Below are positions 22,701-36,300 of a stretch of DNA of 64,000 bases, in pieces. The stretch is from Podarcis tiliguerta (lineage: Eukaryota). The DNA lies in the NCBI GenBank assembly GCA_965153285.1, contig OZ229117.1, one strand, 5' to 3'. Under the pieces are notes generated by a model. That model worked only from the letters and a program-made list of their open reading frames with translations. It had not been told where the DNA came from and ran no database searches. A program made the translations under genes and the position numbers. Positions within the stretch are counted from its first letter, which is position 1; each line of letters starts with the position of its first letter.

Positions 22701-25700
22701 AAACCCTTTCGTCTAGCGAGTTTTTCGTCTTCCGAGGCATTCGTCTTGCGGGGTACCAAAGCGGGGTACCAAAGCAGACATTACAGTAGTATATGCATTT
22801 TTATATACAGGTATGCCTCACTTTATTGCACTTTGCAGATAATTGCATTTTTTACAAATATAAGGACTGGAGGAACAACACCTGCTGCTGCTGCTGCTGG
22901 GTTGGTGGTGAGGCTGCAGGACCCTATTCTCCCACCTGCTCCTGCTGCTCCTTATGAGAATGTGGGTGCAGCAACAAGCAGCCCAACCATTTCCAGGGGA
23001 AGGAAGTTCCCCACCCTGCTTCCCCTCTTCTGGCCATCGCAGTGGAACTGGCTAGGACTAAAGCCCACCCACTTCTGTAGCCAGAGAGGTCTGGGGGAAG
23101 GCTAAGCGTGTTTTCTCAGGGTAGCCATCAAGCTACTTATTTTAAGAAACTGACACAGCCACCCCAACCTCCAGCAACCACCACCCTGATCCATCAGCAG
23201 CCATCGACGCTGAGGCATGACCTTCCGTGAGCAAAAAGATTACATCTTGCTGAAGGTTCAGATGATGGTTAGGAATTTTTAGCCATAAAGTATGTGTTAA
23301 TCAAGATATGTACATTTTTAAAAACAACAACAACATAATGGTATTTCACACAGCATAATCTAAACATAATTTTAATGCACACTGGGAAGCAAACAATTTC
23401 TGTGTGCATGTGTGTGACTCACTTTATTGCAGTACTAACTTTATTGTTGTGGTCGGAAACTGAACCTACAATATCTCTGAGGTAAACATGTGCATTCCTT
23501 GGATGCATAAATGCACTGCAAAATGTGGAGAAGTGTGAATTTTGAAGGATGTCTTGTTTAGGTTTGCATGTTGTTTTGGAAAATGTGGACTTGGAAACTT
23601 TGCCTTTAAATACAAACTGAATCAAATGCCCCACCACCACCACTATTCCTAACAGGTGACAACAAAGTACATTCAGAAAATTTATTTAAAAGATACTGAT
23701 TGGATAATGGAGTTTCATTCGGAGAGTTAAGCTAGGAGCCATCAAAATAGTGCCTATTGGCACAATGGCAACCTTCAGGTCTTCCTCTGATGCCCACAAA
23801 GCCACTAAGCCCACTATTCTCTTGGCCATGAGGTGGTGAGTGTGGCTAGCTTTTTCTCCCTTGAAATATACAGAGAGAGCTGAAGGAAAACGTTGGAAGA
23901 GTGACTCTTTCCCACTTTCTCAGCATTTTGTGCATTTTGAATGTCAGAAGGTGGCCCTTGGGCTGAAAAAAAATTAATGGTTATACATCCCTGCTATAGG
24001 TCCACATGCCCCACAGTGGGTGGGCCTGTATCAACTATCTCCCCTCACAGCTCCAAGCAAGGAGACAAACTTCTCTTCATAAAGTCCAGTGACAAAGGGG
24101 CATTATTAACTTTTGCATTATTAACAACAGATATTGTCTGACCAACGAAGCCTGACACCCCTTTGAATATAACATCATTTGATTTTCAAATATCACCCTA
24201 TGGCTATCTAAGTCCTGTAGAGCATGTTGGTTGTTGTACCTCACTCCAAGCAGAAATCACCCATTGTAGACGATCGTTTTTGGGGCACCGTTCCAACACA
24301 CACGTCTGCTGCATTTCTGGCTTTGTTTGACTGCTGCACATATTCTCCGGCAGGATTTTCAGTGTGGAAGTCCCTACACTTTTGCAGACGACATCACGTT
24401 TTGCAAGTCCTCTTCCACAAGTTTTGGAACACTTTATGGGAATTTGAGAAAGTTGGATGTTAAAGACTTTAAATAGACACTACTATGCCCCATGGGGTCA
24501 CGAAGAGTCGGACACGACTAAACAACTAAACAACAACAAATGCCAAAGTAGGACAACAAACAAAATGGTTCTCAACCCCATCCTGGAATTCACGGCAGTA
24601 TTCATGAGGTTCCAGGCTGGTGGTGGCCCATCCCACAGTATGTTGGCTGCATCAAGTGCCTTTGGACAATGCTCAGGTAATTCATTTAATTGTCACCTTC
24701 CGGGGCATGTCAGCAACCAACATATTTGGATAATGGCTAGGGCCCCAGTGCCATGTGACATCTCACCACTGACACCTGCCCTTGACTCTCTTCTTAAAAA
24801 AAATAAAAACACCACCAAACGCTCTTACCAGTCATGGTTTGGATTGGTTGTTACCTGCCTGCCCCCCGAAATGTCTCAGAAGTTGGTCATTGTCTTCTGT
24901 TTGGGGAAAAAGTGGTTGCAATATAGAATCACCAGCACCACTATGGCAAACCCCCAAGGGGTCCTAACATACCCTTAGGAGACTCATATTTGGATGACAC
25001 TGTGCCAAGGGACACTGGCCTCACCCTTCAGGAACCTAAACCCAATCCAAAGTAGGAAAGTAAAGTAAAGGAAACAGCTGTTGCTAGCCATTTCTCAATG
25101 GGCAAAACCGTAACACGCCATTCTAGATTGCTCTCTCTAATTAAGCAGGAGTAAAACTAATTAGGGTAAATTGCATAAATTTTGACTAAATGTTATGAGA
25201 TAAAATAATGATAAAAGCTGTTTGGCTCTCCTTCACCAGAGATGTTTAATCAAAGGCTGGACAGCCATGTGCCAGGGAAGAATGTAATTGAATCCTGCAT
25301 TGAGTAAAGTGGGGATACATTAGATGGCCTCCACAATCACACTACTAGTAGTAGTATTACCACTACAACCCAGTACTATTAGGTAGGCAACATGATTAGG
25401 AAAAAATAAATGCATCCATTTCCCATAATGTGAGTTGAACAAAGAAAAGTATTTTTTCTCGCAGCTACAATGTAATCTTTAGATTAGAATGCTTTTGCAC
25501 CAGCACATTCACTTAAATAAAAAATTGTGAGATGTCTCCCTTGGCAACATTACAAGTATATGTGTTTCACTTCAGAATAAAAGCTCTCAGACACCCCACA
25601 TCTTTCTGAAGCAGGGGTGTGTGCATATATTGGAATTTGCCTGAGGCCCTAAGCTACCAACTCTACTTCTAAGTGCAGGGCTTTTTAAACAACAACAAAA

Positions 25701-27800
25701 AACTGTACCAGGATTTTCAGCTGCTTGGAATGATACCTTATCAAAAAGAAGAAGACATCAGTCATCCTGGGTTTATCAAAAAAACATGTTACACTGGACG
25801 CCTGATTAGTGGGGGGTTAATGTATGCAAATTGATAAGATAAGAAATATCTTTCCCTAAATGCCTCTTCGCTCTACTCCAACTGAACATCTTAAGCCAGA
25901 GGTGGACAACTTGAGGATCAGGAGCTGAATGCAACCCTCCATCCTTCTATCTAGACCTCAGTATTCTCACAAGACCACATGTCTCAATGGTCTTGCTTTG
26001 CACCCTGAGTGTTGTTTTTCTCCCTGGTTGGAATATGTCATTGAACTCTGACAATGCCTCCTGCTTGTCTGGATGGAGCATAGAGAGGCTGTGACAGAGT
26101 GTGTAGAAAGAAGCCTACAGTACAAAAGCATATTTGCACTTGTTGCTCCTCTCCCTTTTGCCTCCGGCCCCACCCACCACTGGCATGTGCGCTGACCTCA
26201 TCCACATCACCAGTGGCAGACTCTGAATGCTCACATTTCAGGGGTGCCCTGTGTGATGCTAAAATTCGGCACCCCACCACCTCTCATGCTCTGTTCTATA
26301 TCATTATTGTGAAGCCACTTGCAGAGTGGCACCCAGTGCAGCCAAACCAGCTGGGCTATCCTAAAACCACCTCTGACAACATGAAAGCAGGTCGCATATG
26401 TAGGAGCACTTCTTCATAGCTTCTCTAGACATGCTTCCATGCTTGCTGGTCCAGGAATTAAGATCAATTTTCAGAGACCTTGCTTTTGGTGCTGTTTTTA
26501 GAGATATGGTGAAAAAGCAAACAAGCCCACCAGAGGGTCAAAGAACAGAGCCCTTTTGCAAGTAGCACCCTGCTGTTCCTTGAAGATCCAGGTTTCAGAT
26601 ATTTAAAAAGCACCATGCTGTTTGCAAAAGGGATTTTGAACATCCCAGCACTGTCCCAACAATCAGGATACTGAAATGCACAGACTTCACCCATCTGTCA
26701 AATTTGGCCTGGCAGGAGTCAAGAAATAAAGGTCTGGCCTCCAGCCATAAAAGGTTCCCCACAAACTAATGTTAGGTGTTCCCTTATGGTGAATGAATAC
26801 CAATTACTATGGGACAGCAGTGGGGAGGGCTACTGCCTTCATTGCTCTTTTGGTGAGCTTCATGGAAGCATCTTCCTGGCCACTGTTAGAAACAGGATGC
26901 TAAAGAAGACGGAGATCCAGCAGGGCTCTTCTTATGTTCTTACCTATAATAAATACAGGGCAAAATAATGCTAGCCTTTTCTTTTCATTACCTGAGACCA
27001 CGGACCAGGACTCCATTCTGGTGGACAGTCTTGATGGTTACATGCCTGGATTTGTGCTGGTGTGGTTACTGGGCAGAGAGCATGGGCCACAATGTCCTCC
27101 TTCTGAAAAGCCTTTTTCTGGACACACTGGATTGGACGACTTTGTTGCCCTCCGCCACAAGACTGGCTGCAAACACTCCATTCACCTGCTGACCAACTTC
27201 AAGAAAGAATGCATGTGTTGACTAGTTGACTAGCCAAGAATCAGACAATGAGCACAAAACAAAGGAGACATTTCTATATCAGCTATGATTACAGCTACTA
27301 GGGGGTTCACATGTTATATTCAATGAGTGTACAATCTGTCTACTTGTGTACACAAACAGTTGAGCTGGATACTCATACAATTATTCACCTGTAATGTTCA
27401 ATGAATGTAAAATGTGCGCACCTGTGAACATAAGAATGGAGCTGTACTCAAGTACACTTGTACTCAAATCAACAAGTGTACACTCTTCCACATAAACACT
27501 TGTACATGCGTAGAGACAGATTGTACCTTTCTTCAGTGTACTAAACTGTTCCATCAAGGAACAAGAAAGCAGCAGCAATCCCCTATACATTCATTGTTTG
27601 GAGTACTTAAATGGAATGCTACAGCCTCAAAGGATGTTGATATACAACATTATGAGAAAAACTATAGTGGCAGGAAAGATAGAAATACATATATTTACTC
27701 TGATCCTCAGTTGGAGTATTATAAGTAGTCATATTTCTCCCCAGTAGAAGGATTATCAAAAACATGTTGGGCAGTTAACATTTCTGATTAAACTTGATCT

Positions 27801-27837
<37 letters not shown>

Positions 27838-30800
27838 TATTACTGCTTTTCACACACCTTCTGCCACACACACTTTCTCCTCCTTCCTCTTTTGCTTTGA
27901 ATTTTACCCTATTTGTATAATTCCTGATTCACAGGCTATATCTAATTTGAACAAATCTGAAAGTAACATTGGCCATTGTTCAGTCTTCTAGGAATGACAG
28001 GTCCTCCCCAGACCAAACAGCAAAATCTTAAATTTGGTTCAGTAGCCAACTGGTAGCCATTGCAATTCATTTGGAAATGATATTATATGCTCATGGTAGG
28101 CGGCTGCACTTAGCAGCCTGACCACTACATCCTGCATCAGCTGCAGCTTTCGAACCACCCTTGAGTGGAGCACTTTGCATTAACTGAATCTTGAGGCTAC
28201 CAATGCATGAGTCACTGTGGCTAGTCTATCGCTGACCTGTGTTTGAGTATCATCAAGTGAACATTAAAAACATGAGTCTCCCTTGGTCTAAATCCAGCAT
28301 AACAGCCACTATACCACAAAGGCTCTCACCAATCTCAACTCATCTTTCAAATAAAGGAAGAAAGAAATATCTTGCTAAATTAAACCATCCTGTAATTAGA
28401 GTATGGAAGATTTAGAAGCTACCAACTAGCAGATGAATTTCCTCACAATGGGAGGATAGCTCCCATTGCCGTGGGAGCTTTGTTTTCTTTGCGACTAGCA
28501 GGTACATGGTCTGAGACATTTAAACTGGTAGCATGGAAGGCAGAGTGATCAAGAATTGGTGGAGCCAGAGCTAAAGGCAAACTCAACATTTAGGATCCAC
28601 ACACCCATCTTCAAAGTGCACACAGAGTCTCCCGTCAGAGTCGAGGCATGCAATGATGATAGCTACTTGTGTGGCTTTTTCTGGCGATTAAAATAAATGC
28701 TACGTTTTAGAAGTTGCCAGCCACAATTAAAAGGCAAATACAAACAAACTGGAGAAAGCTGAAGGAAACATAATGGAAGACTTTTCTGTCTGCAAGAAGT
28801 AGAGCCCATGGGTACAGAAATAACACTTGGCAGAAGATTAGTCACATGCAAAACAGATTGTTTGGTGTGGGGAGGTTACTTCAAATTAGTTTTCAGACAA
28901 TGTTGGGGCTCAAGGCTAGGCAATGAAATTGCAGAAGCTGTCACACGATATGTTACTCCAATTAAACTTTATCTCTGCCTTCTTGTGGTTCTGCTATAAT
29001 TTCCTTTCCGATCTTATGCAGTATATTTGTGTGGTGATATATCATCATCATCATCATCAGGGAGAGAAACACCCACACACTTCTGCATAAGATTCTACTC
29101 CGTGGGTGAAAAATTATGGTTTATTGTGCACTGGACAAATTGAATTGCACAGCAAATAGGTGCAAATTTGCATACTCTGATGCAGCACCCCTGCCCTGGG
29201 GGCCAGGCCTTCATAAAAGGAAAAGACACGATAACGTCAACTTTCTTGAATTCAGGTGTCGGTAAACCTTGGCATAGGCATTGGGTGTGTATTCCTCTCA
29301 GCTCCCAGCTGGGGGTCTGATACATGTCAGGGTCAGTTAGGGGAAAGTGGAACCAACAGAAAACACTTGTTTATGCAGCTGGTCCCACCCCAAATTGCTG
29401 AGGGGAGCTGTATGGCACTTCTGTCATGTGCTTTGGACAGAGACTCCCCTCATGACGCTGCCTCAGGAAGCAAGTGAGTCATCACTTCACCTCAACTTCA
29501 GATGTCAGACTAAAGGATTCCACCCAAGGCCTAAACCGCCAAAGTTGTGACAATTGCTATGGGAAAAGCAAAACATGCAGAGCAGGGAAAATTCCTTCCC
29601 AGCTCTGAAGACACAACCATCATACAACCATAGGAATGTCCACATTTCTAATAGCACAGAAGAATACATAAGTGCCTAGAAACCAATGAGTTTTTATTGA
29701 CATTTTAATAATGTTTTAATGGATGCTGTTATGGATACCAATACAGTATATATTCATTTGCTCCTCTGAATTGGACAGATTTGGTTAACAGATGAGCTTC
29801 CCCATCTGTGGTTCCCTTTCTTTCTTATATCCCTTTCACTAAGAAGGTAAGTCTATAAATGGCTTAAATATTGGGAAGATATAATCTTTACTAACAGAAG
29901 CAGTATCTCTCTAAATACCAGATGCTGAGAAAAAATAAATAAAGAAGATGCTTATCACATTCATGCACAAATATGAGCTACCACAGGCATCTGGCTGGCT
30001 GCTGTTGGAAACAGGATGAAGAATTGGTAGAACTTTTTTTTCATTAAAAAATTTTTATGTGATTCACATTTGAAAACAGACAGCATACCTGTCTTTCATC
30101 TTCTTTGTTCTAAACCTTGGGTCCCCAGATATTATTGGACTACAACTCCCATCATCCATCTATGTTGGCTAAGCTGGCTGGGGATAATGGGAGTTGTAGT
30201 CCAACAACACCTGGAGATCCAAGGCTAAAGAGCACTGCTCTAGGCTAAACACACTTACTTTCATTCACATTGCCTTTTGGCTCCATTATTCTGGCTGTTC
30301 TTCCCTACTTATTGTCTCACAATTGTAGTTGTTCCCCCAGCAACTCTTAGAGTATCCTATATTCAATCCCATACTCAAACCATACTCATCTCCAAGGCAC
30401 TAGGATGTTCATAGCAGTGTTCACATGCTACTTTCAGTGAGTACATACAGTCTACATACCTGTGTGCACAAATAATTGAGATGTACACTCACACAGTTAT
30501 TTACATGTAACAGTCACCAAGTGCATAGTATGTGTACCAATTAACAAACAAACAGTTCCACACAAACACTTGTACATGTGTAGAGACACCTTGTATCTGT
30601 GTTCAGTGTAACATGTGAACAAGCCTATTGTCTCCTGCTATTTGCACTCATAGGCTTTGTCCAGGTTGGGGGGGTGGAAGCAGAATTGAGGTGGAATGGG
30701 CCTACTTTGATCCTGTTGCACTAATTTGAGGAAGGGTTCAAATAATTGCCTCATCCCTAGTCCCATACAAATCAAACTCTTCCCAGTTTTATAGAGGAGG

Positions 30801-33358
30801 GTTTGGAATCATCTGTCTAGGAAACAAAATAGGTTTATTCCACAGATTTGTGGATTTAGACTCGAACACAAAGACCCATAAAAGAAATAGGAAGGGATGA
30901 TAAATTCAGATTACATACTAGGCTGGGCAAGGATTTGCATTGCATATCTTTGTCTCCGTCAAGGGCTTTGTGCTTGGGCCACAGAAAGAGGCATTGACAC
31001 GGACACGATGATCTTGTAAACATACAGCTTTCGCTATCAAGTGCCCTATGGAGAAAACCAAGAGAAATAAAAAAAGATGTAGGAGAGAGAGAAGTTATGG
31101 TAGAAATGAAAAAGTAACTGAACATAGCAATGTAGTTCATCAGGCAATTTGCCTCTCAACCTTTCCCCGCCCCCATAACTGGCATGTGGGCCCCAGAAGG
31201 TTCACTATGAGGGAATGTGACCTCAGATGAAAATGCCACCACCTTGAGCTCTAATAAATAAATTGGCATGACTAGCTTAGGTCTTAATTTCAAAAGATCT
31301 ACTCTGAGTAGTACTAATGTTGGATGCAAGCCTTAGTGTTATTAATGTTACAAAGCATTCTTACTGGTTTTAAAACATGAGTCAGAGGAATTCTCACAAC
31401 GTGTGTTAATATTTTTCAGTATAATTTTAAATGTTGCATAGTTACAATTAATTTGAAGGTTTTGAAGGAATTGAACCATTGAATAAGGTTTTTGAGGTTT
31501 TGTTAAAAAAGAAGGGGAGCCTGTATTGGATTATTTAATGCATGGGAGGGGGGAAATGACTAAACAATAATGTACTGTAGCTTTCTTGAGGATGGCAGGA
31601 AAAAGAAGGGGAATAGGGTCACAGGGAGGAGACACTATCTCAAGCAAGTTTATCTTTGGAAACAATTAAGGCATGAATTCAGATCTTTTTGAAGAAAAGA
31701 TATGATCAGAAATGTAAGAAGACGGAAAAGAAACGTGAGATGGCAAGAAAGAGAAGGAAATTCAGAGACAAAAGGAAAGAATGGGGTTTAAAAATCTAGA
31801 TAGCACAAGGCCTGAAATAATGGAGAATATAAAAGGAAAATATTGGGAAAATTGATTCATGAAATGGCAGACAAAATATGAAAAAGTCATGGGGAAAAAA
31901 GACAATGAAGAAAATTAGGGGGAGATAATAGAGAATAAGTAACAGAAAACTTTGTGATAGTGCTTAGAGCAGTGCTGTATTAACAATGGCTATCCTATAC
32001 TATTCCCTTTATGTGCCAGGCAAAAATGGTCTTGGGATGTTTTAATGTAGTTTTGTGTGTGTTAGTTTGTTGAGTTGGTATGACAAAAATGAAAGAAGAA
32101 GAAGAAGAAGTTAAGAATTGATGAAATGTGACCTAATAATACAGTGGAATTGCACTAATACAAACTTATCTCTCCTCTGTCCAGGGTTTTTTTCTCACCC
32201 TCAGAGCTGATGGGGGTCATGGGGGCACAGATATGGGGGAGAGAAGGAGGAAAGCCCCACTAAGCTAGAAGGATTTGTTATGCTGACACTTGCAAGCACA
32301 ATTATTTAATTGAATCCAGCCCCTTATGCTCTCTTTATTTTAAATTGCAAGATATTTTGTGTTTAGTAGGTATGGAAAGTCTAATATATATGTAAATATA
32401 AATAAAAGCAACAAATTAATAACATAAAGACCTATAAACAACAACAGACTAAAGAAACGGAAATCAGAAGCAATAATGTATTGTGCACATTCAATCAACT
32501 GAAATTCAGTTTATCAACCAGGATTCCTGAAATCAGAAGCCCCTACTCAAAGTATTATTCAATATTAAAAAATAATAATGCTGGAAACTATATTTCATGA
32601 CTTTTTGACATATTCATTGAATTCAGACTTTTGTAGTAAGTTACTCACCCCCACCACACGTAGCTGAGCAATCTGACTGCACCGTTACCCATGAGTAGCT
32701 GTGTCTCTTTGTGAATATCTTGTTCTCATTTATAATCTTAGAGAAGGTATATTGCCAAGCAATGCCAGGATTGTTGCCTTGTAAAAGGATCTAGACAGCA
32801 TGGAGAGAGAAATACGTTATTAAGAATGAAGGGAAAAGAAAGGTTAAGGCTGCAGTCTCAGGCAAGCTTACCTGGGTGAAAGCCCAGCTGAATACCACAA
32901 GATTTACCAGGAAGCAGATGCCTTTAAGACTGTGCTTAAAATATACAGTTAAAGATATAATAGAATTACCCTGATCTGCTGTAGTTCTGGACACTGATGT
33001 GTATCTGAAGATCCTTACCTGCAAAGGGTACCCAGGTAAGTCCCATATATTAATCATTTTCATAGGAGATTCCTTTCACACTAAAGAGAAAAGTACACAC
33101 ACACACACCAGGACTTCTTCCATTTGCTAGAGTGGAAATGAGCACCAACTTTCAGTTGAAGAAGGAACAGTCCAGTTTACCACCACAGTGACAACTCGAC
33201 CTTTATGTAACCCTCATCACAAGGATTTAGCACAAATAAAAGGAGATAATGCAATGTATTGCTCTGGACTCCTGGGAGGAAGGGTGGAAGACATACATAA
33301 GAAAGAAAGAAACTCAGGTCCCCTAGCTCATAAGTCCTCAATACTGTACAGTCAAAAT

Positions 33359-33397
<39 letters not shown>

Positions 33398-36300
33398 AAA
33401 GTCTGTGTTTTCCATCATAGGCCATTTAATTTTACACTGTTGCTGATTCTGAACAGGCCAATGGCCAATTACTAAAAACCATCTGCTTCAGTTCAGATAA
33501 CTACTAACTCAAGGAAGGCTTGCTGTTGGAGGTAAATTCTATTGTACCCTGCAGAAGCAGTTTCTGAGACTTTGGCTGCATTAATTCAAAAGATGGAATA
33601 AATAAAACAAGGTTCACAAAGGCTTACAAGGAATTCTATTTTTCGTTTGAACTAGGAATGTGCAGATCCCTATGTCAGCATGCATAATGGTTAGAGTGTT
33701 TGACTAGGACCTGGGAGAGCAGGGTTCAAATCCCCACTTGGCCATGAAGCTCAATGGGTGACCTTGGGCCAGTCACCATCTCGTAGACTAACCTACCTCA
33801 CTTACCCAGGAGTAAATCCCATTGAACTCAATAGGGGCTTACTTTTGAGTAGTTTAGGACTGCAATGTCTCTACAAGTATGCAGGGTGGCCCAGATTCAA
33901 TCTCCAGCATCTTCAGGTAAGGAAGGATTCCTGTCTGAAACCCTGGTGAGCTAATGTGGTGTCCTCCATACACTGAACTCCCAATTCTCATCAGCCCCAG
34001 CTGAAATTCCCAATGGAGAGACACAGTGGCAGTTTAGTAGACAATACTGAGCTATGTAAACCAATAGTCTGATTCAGCATAAGTCAGTGCCCTATGTTAG
34101 GAACATAGAAAGATGCATTATATGCCAAGTTAGACCATTGGTCCATCTACAGTGTCCATCTATTGTCTACATTGACTGACAATGGCTCTCCAGTATTTCA
34201 GGCAAGGTTCTCAACCATCCCTACCTGGAGATGCTGGGGATTGAACCTGAGGCCTTCTGCATGCAAAACACATGCTCCACCACTGAGCTACAGCCCTTCC
34301 CTGTGTATTCCCTATGTGTTATTATATATCTGTGGAGGCTCCACATGCATTTTGGAATCATGGGTAACTTCTCCAATTTAACAAAGCCTGAAGGGTATTG
34401 CGGTGGCTTGCCAATATCAAACCAGTCCTGCTTGGATTAAATCTATGAATGGATATGGAATCTAAATTGGAGCAGGTGTGGAGAAAGGCTTATGAAAAAT
34501 CAGCAGTAACGGTTACATAAAAATAAATCCCAAGAACATACAATTAACGTTTTTCAAGGCAGAGAAGTGGATATTAGCTCTTCAGAAAATGTACACCTAG
34601 GAGAATAGGTAAAGGAGAGAAGCAATGAGCTATGATAGTGAAAAACAGTAAAATAAATTTGCATATTCAGTCCATTAACACCGAACATGTGAAAGATCTG
34701 GGTAGCTCACTATTATTTACTGTTGTTATAGAAAAGTGTGCCTGTTGTGAGGAGGGAGAGGAGACAGAGAAAAGGATGATATATTTTCCAGTCCCATTAG
34801 CCAGATTCTATTTCAGTCCACAAATTCTGGTAGAGATCCAAACCGGAAATATATGGCTTAGTCCAGATATATATATATCCAGCAAAACTAATAGCTTGGC
34901 TCTCTGCTTTATTGCAAGACCCAGGGTTGAGGAAACACCTAATATCAGGCAAATGTAAAATAATGTATGAGATTTTATGGAGACCAGGGGTATAATCAGC
35001 CTCCCTTTTGCACCACCCAGACAGACAGCAAGCACATGCGCATTGTGCACATGTGCAAGAGACAGAGAGAAAGAGAAGAAATTGTAAGAAGTTGCAATGA
35101 TACACAGATACTACCATCACAGAATTGGACCTTAGACCTAATGCAATCCCCTGATCTGCAATGCAGGATGCAATTACAGCATCCCTGACAGATGGCTGTC
35201 CAGATTCTGCTTAAATATCTCCAGTAAAGGAGAGCTCACCATCTCCTGAGGCAGACAGTTGTTCAACAGTTCTTCTTATTAGAAAGTTTCTCCTAATGTT
35301 TAGCTGAGATATGCTACTGGTTCTAGTCCTGCTCTTTAAAACAAGCAGAGCATGCCTCCTCCATTATCTGTGTGAGAGTCCTTCTGATATTTGAATATCA
35401 TTATCACACCCCTCCTTATTATTCTCTTCTCCAGGCTAAATGTACCCAATTCTTTCAACCATTTCTCAATGGACTTAGTTTACCGACCACTGACCATCCC
35501 AGTCACCCTCTTCTGGACACCACTCCATTTTGTCAATGTCTTCCTGAGTCCATTACCAACTGTGCATCCTTCCTTCATCCTCTTACCTTTGGATCATCTT
35601 TCCTTAGCTTTCCTACCCATCCACCTTCCCAGTCCTCAGCCATCCCATCCAAGCTGACAACTTTCATTTCCCTCACAAAACTAGATAGCAAACTGTTTGC
35701 TCCTCTGAGTAACTGAACATTTCCTGCCACCAAACTACCTCAGCTAATCAGCAAGAAAGAATTCACTGCCACTAGTGGAATACAATTACACTCCTCTTAA
35801 AAGTAAGGCATATATCTAGTGTGAATGTGCTATGAACCAAATAGCAAATCCTGCATAAACTTAAACTGAATGTGGGAACCTTGAGGTATGCAAGAAAAGT
35901 GTACATTTTGGAGAGGAGCCCCACCTACACACACAGCACACAAGTACATGACCATAACAATGGCTACAGAAATAGGAGGCATATGTCCCTTACATACAAA
36001 ATTAAAGTATATTACATGTCCCTTACTGCTCACTGCAATATCTCTGGTAATGTGCAAGTGCTACACTTGATCAGGGCTGACTTCAACTTATGGCATGCTC
36101 TTAAGCCACAATCTTACAGCCATGATTGTTGGGGCTGTTGGGTGTGAGATCCTGACAACATCCGGAGGGCCACAGGATCCCCATTTCTGTTATAGACAGT
36201 GAATCAAGCGCTGCATAGCTGCAGAGTAAACAGTCTAATCTTACAATACCATATAATATTTATTTAAGGATACTATTTATTTTCCATTATCAAGGCAGAG

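Noticed and set aside
22395-23105. Overlapping plus-strand ORFs as a separate gene
   Set aside because: Stop-poor GC-rich transposon cargo; no plus-strand splice or domain support.
24457-24978. 173 aa plus-strand ORF
   Set aside because: No recognisable domain, runs through a BovB tail, antisense in an intron; consistent with chance.
31360-31960. Purine-rich, possibly L1-derived remnant (similar hint at 57400-57770)
   Set aside because: Too degenerate to classify without a search.
34228-34300. tRNA-Ala-like sequence as a tRNA gene
   Set aside because: Degenerate stems, attached CR1-like tail and multiple copies in the window: a SINE head.
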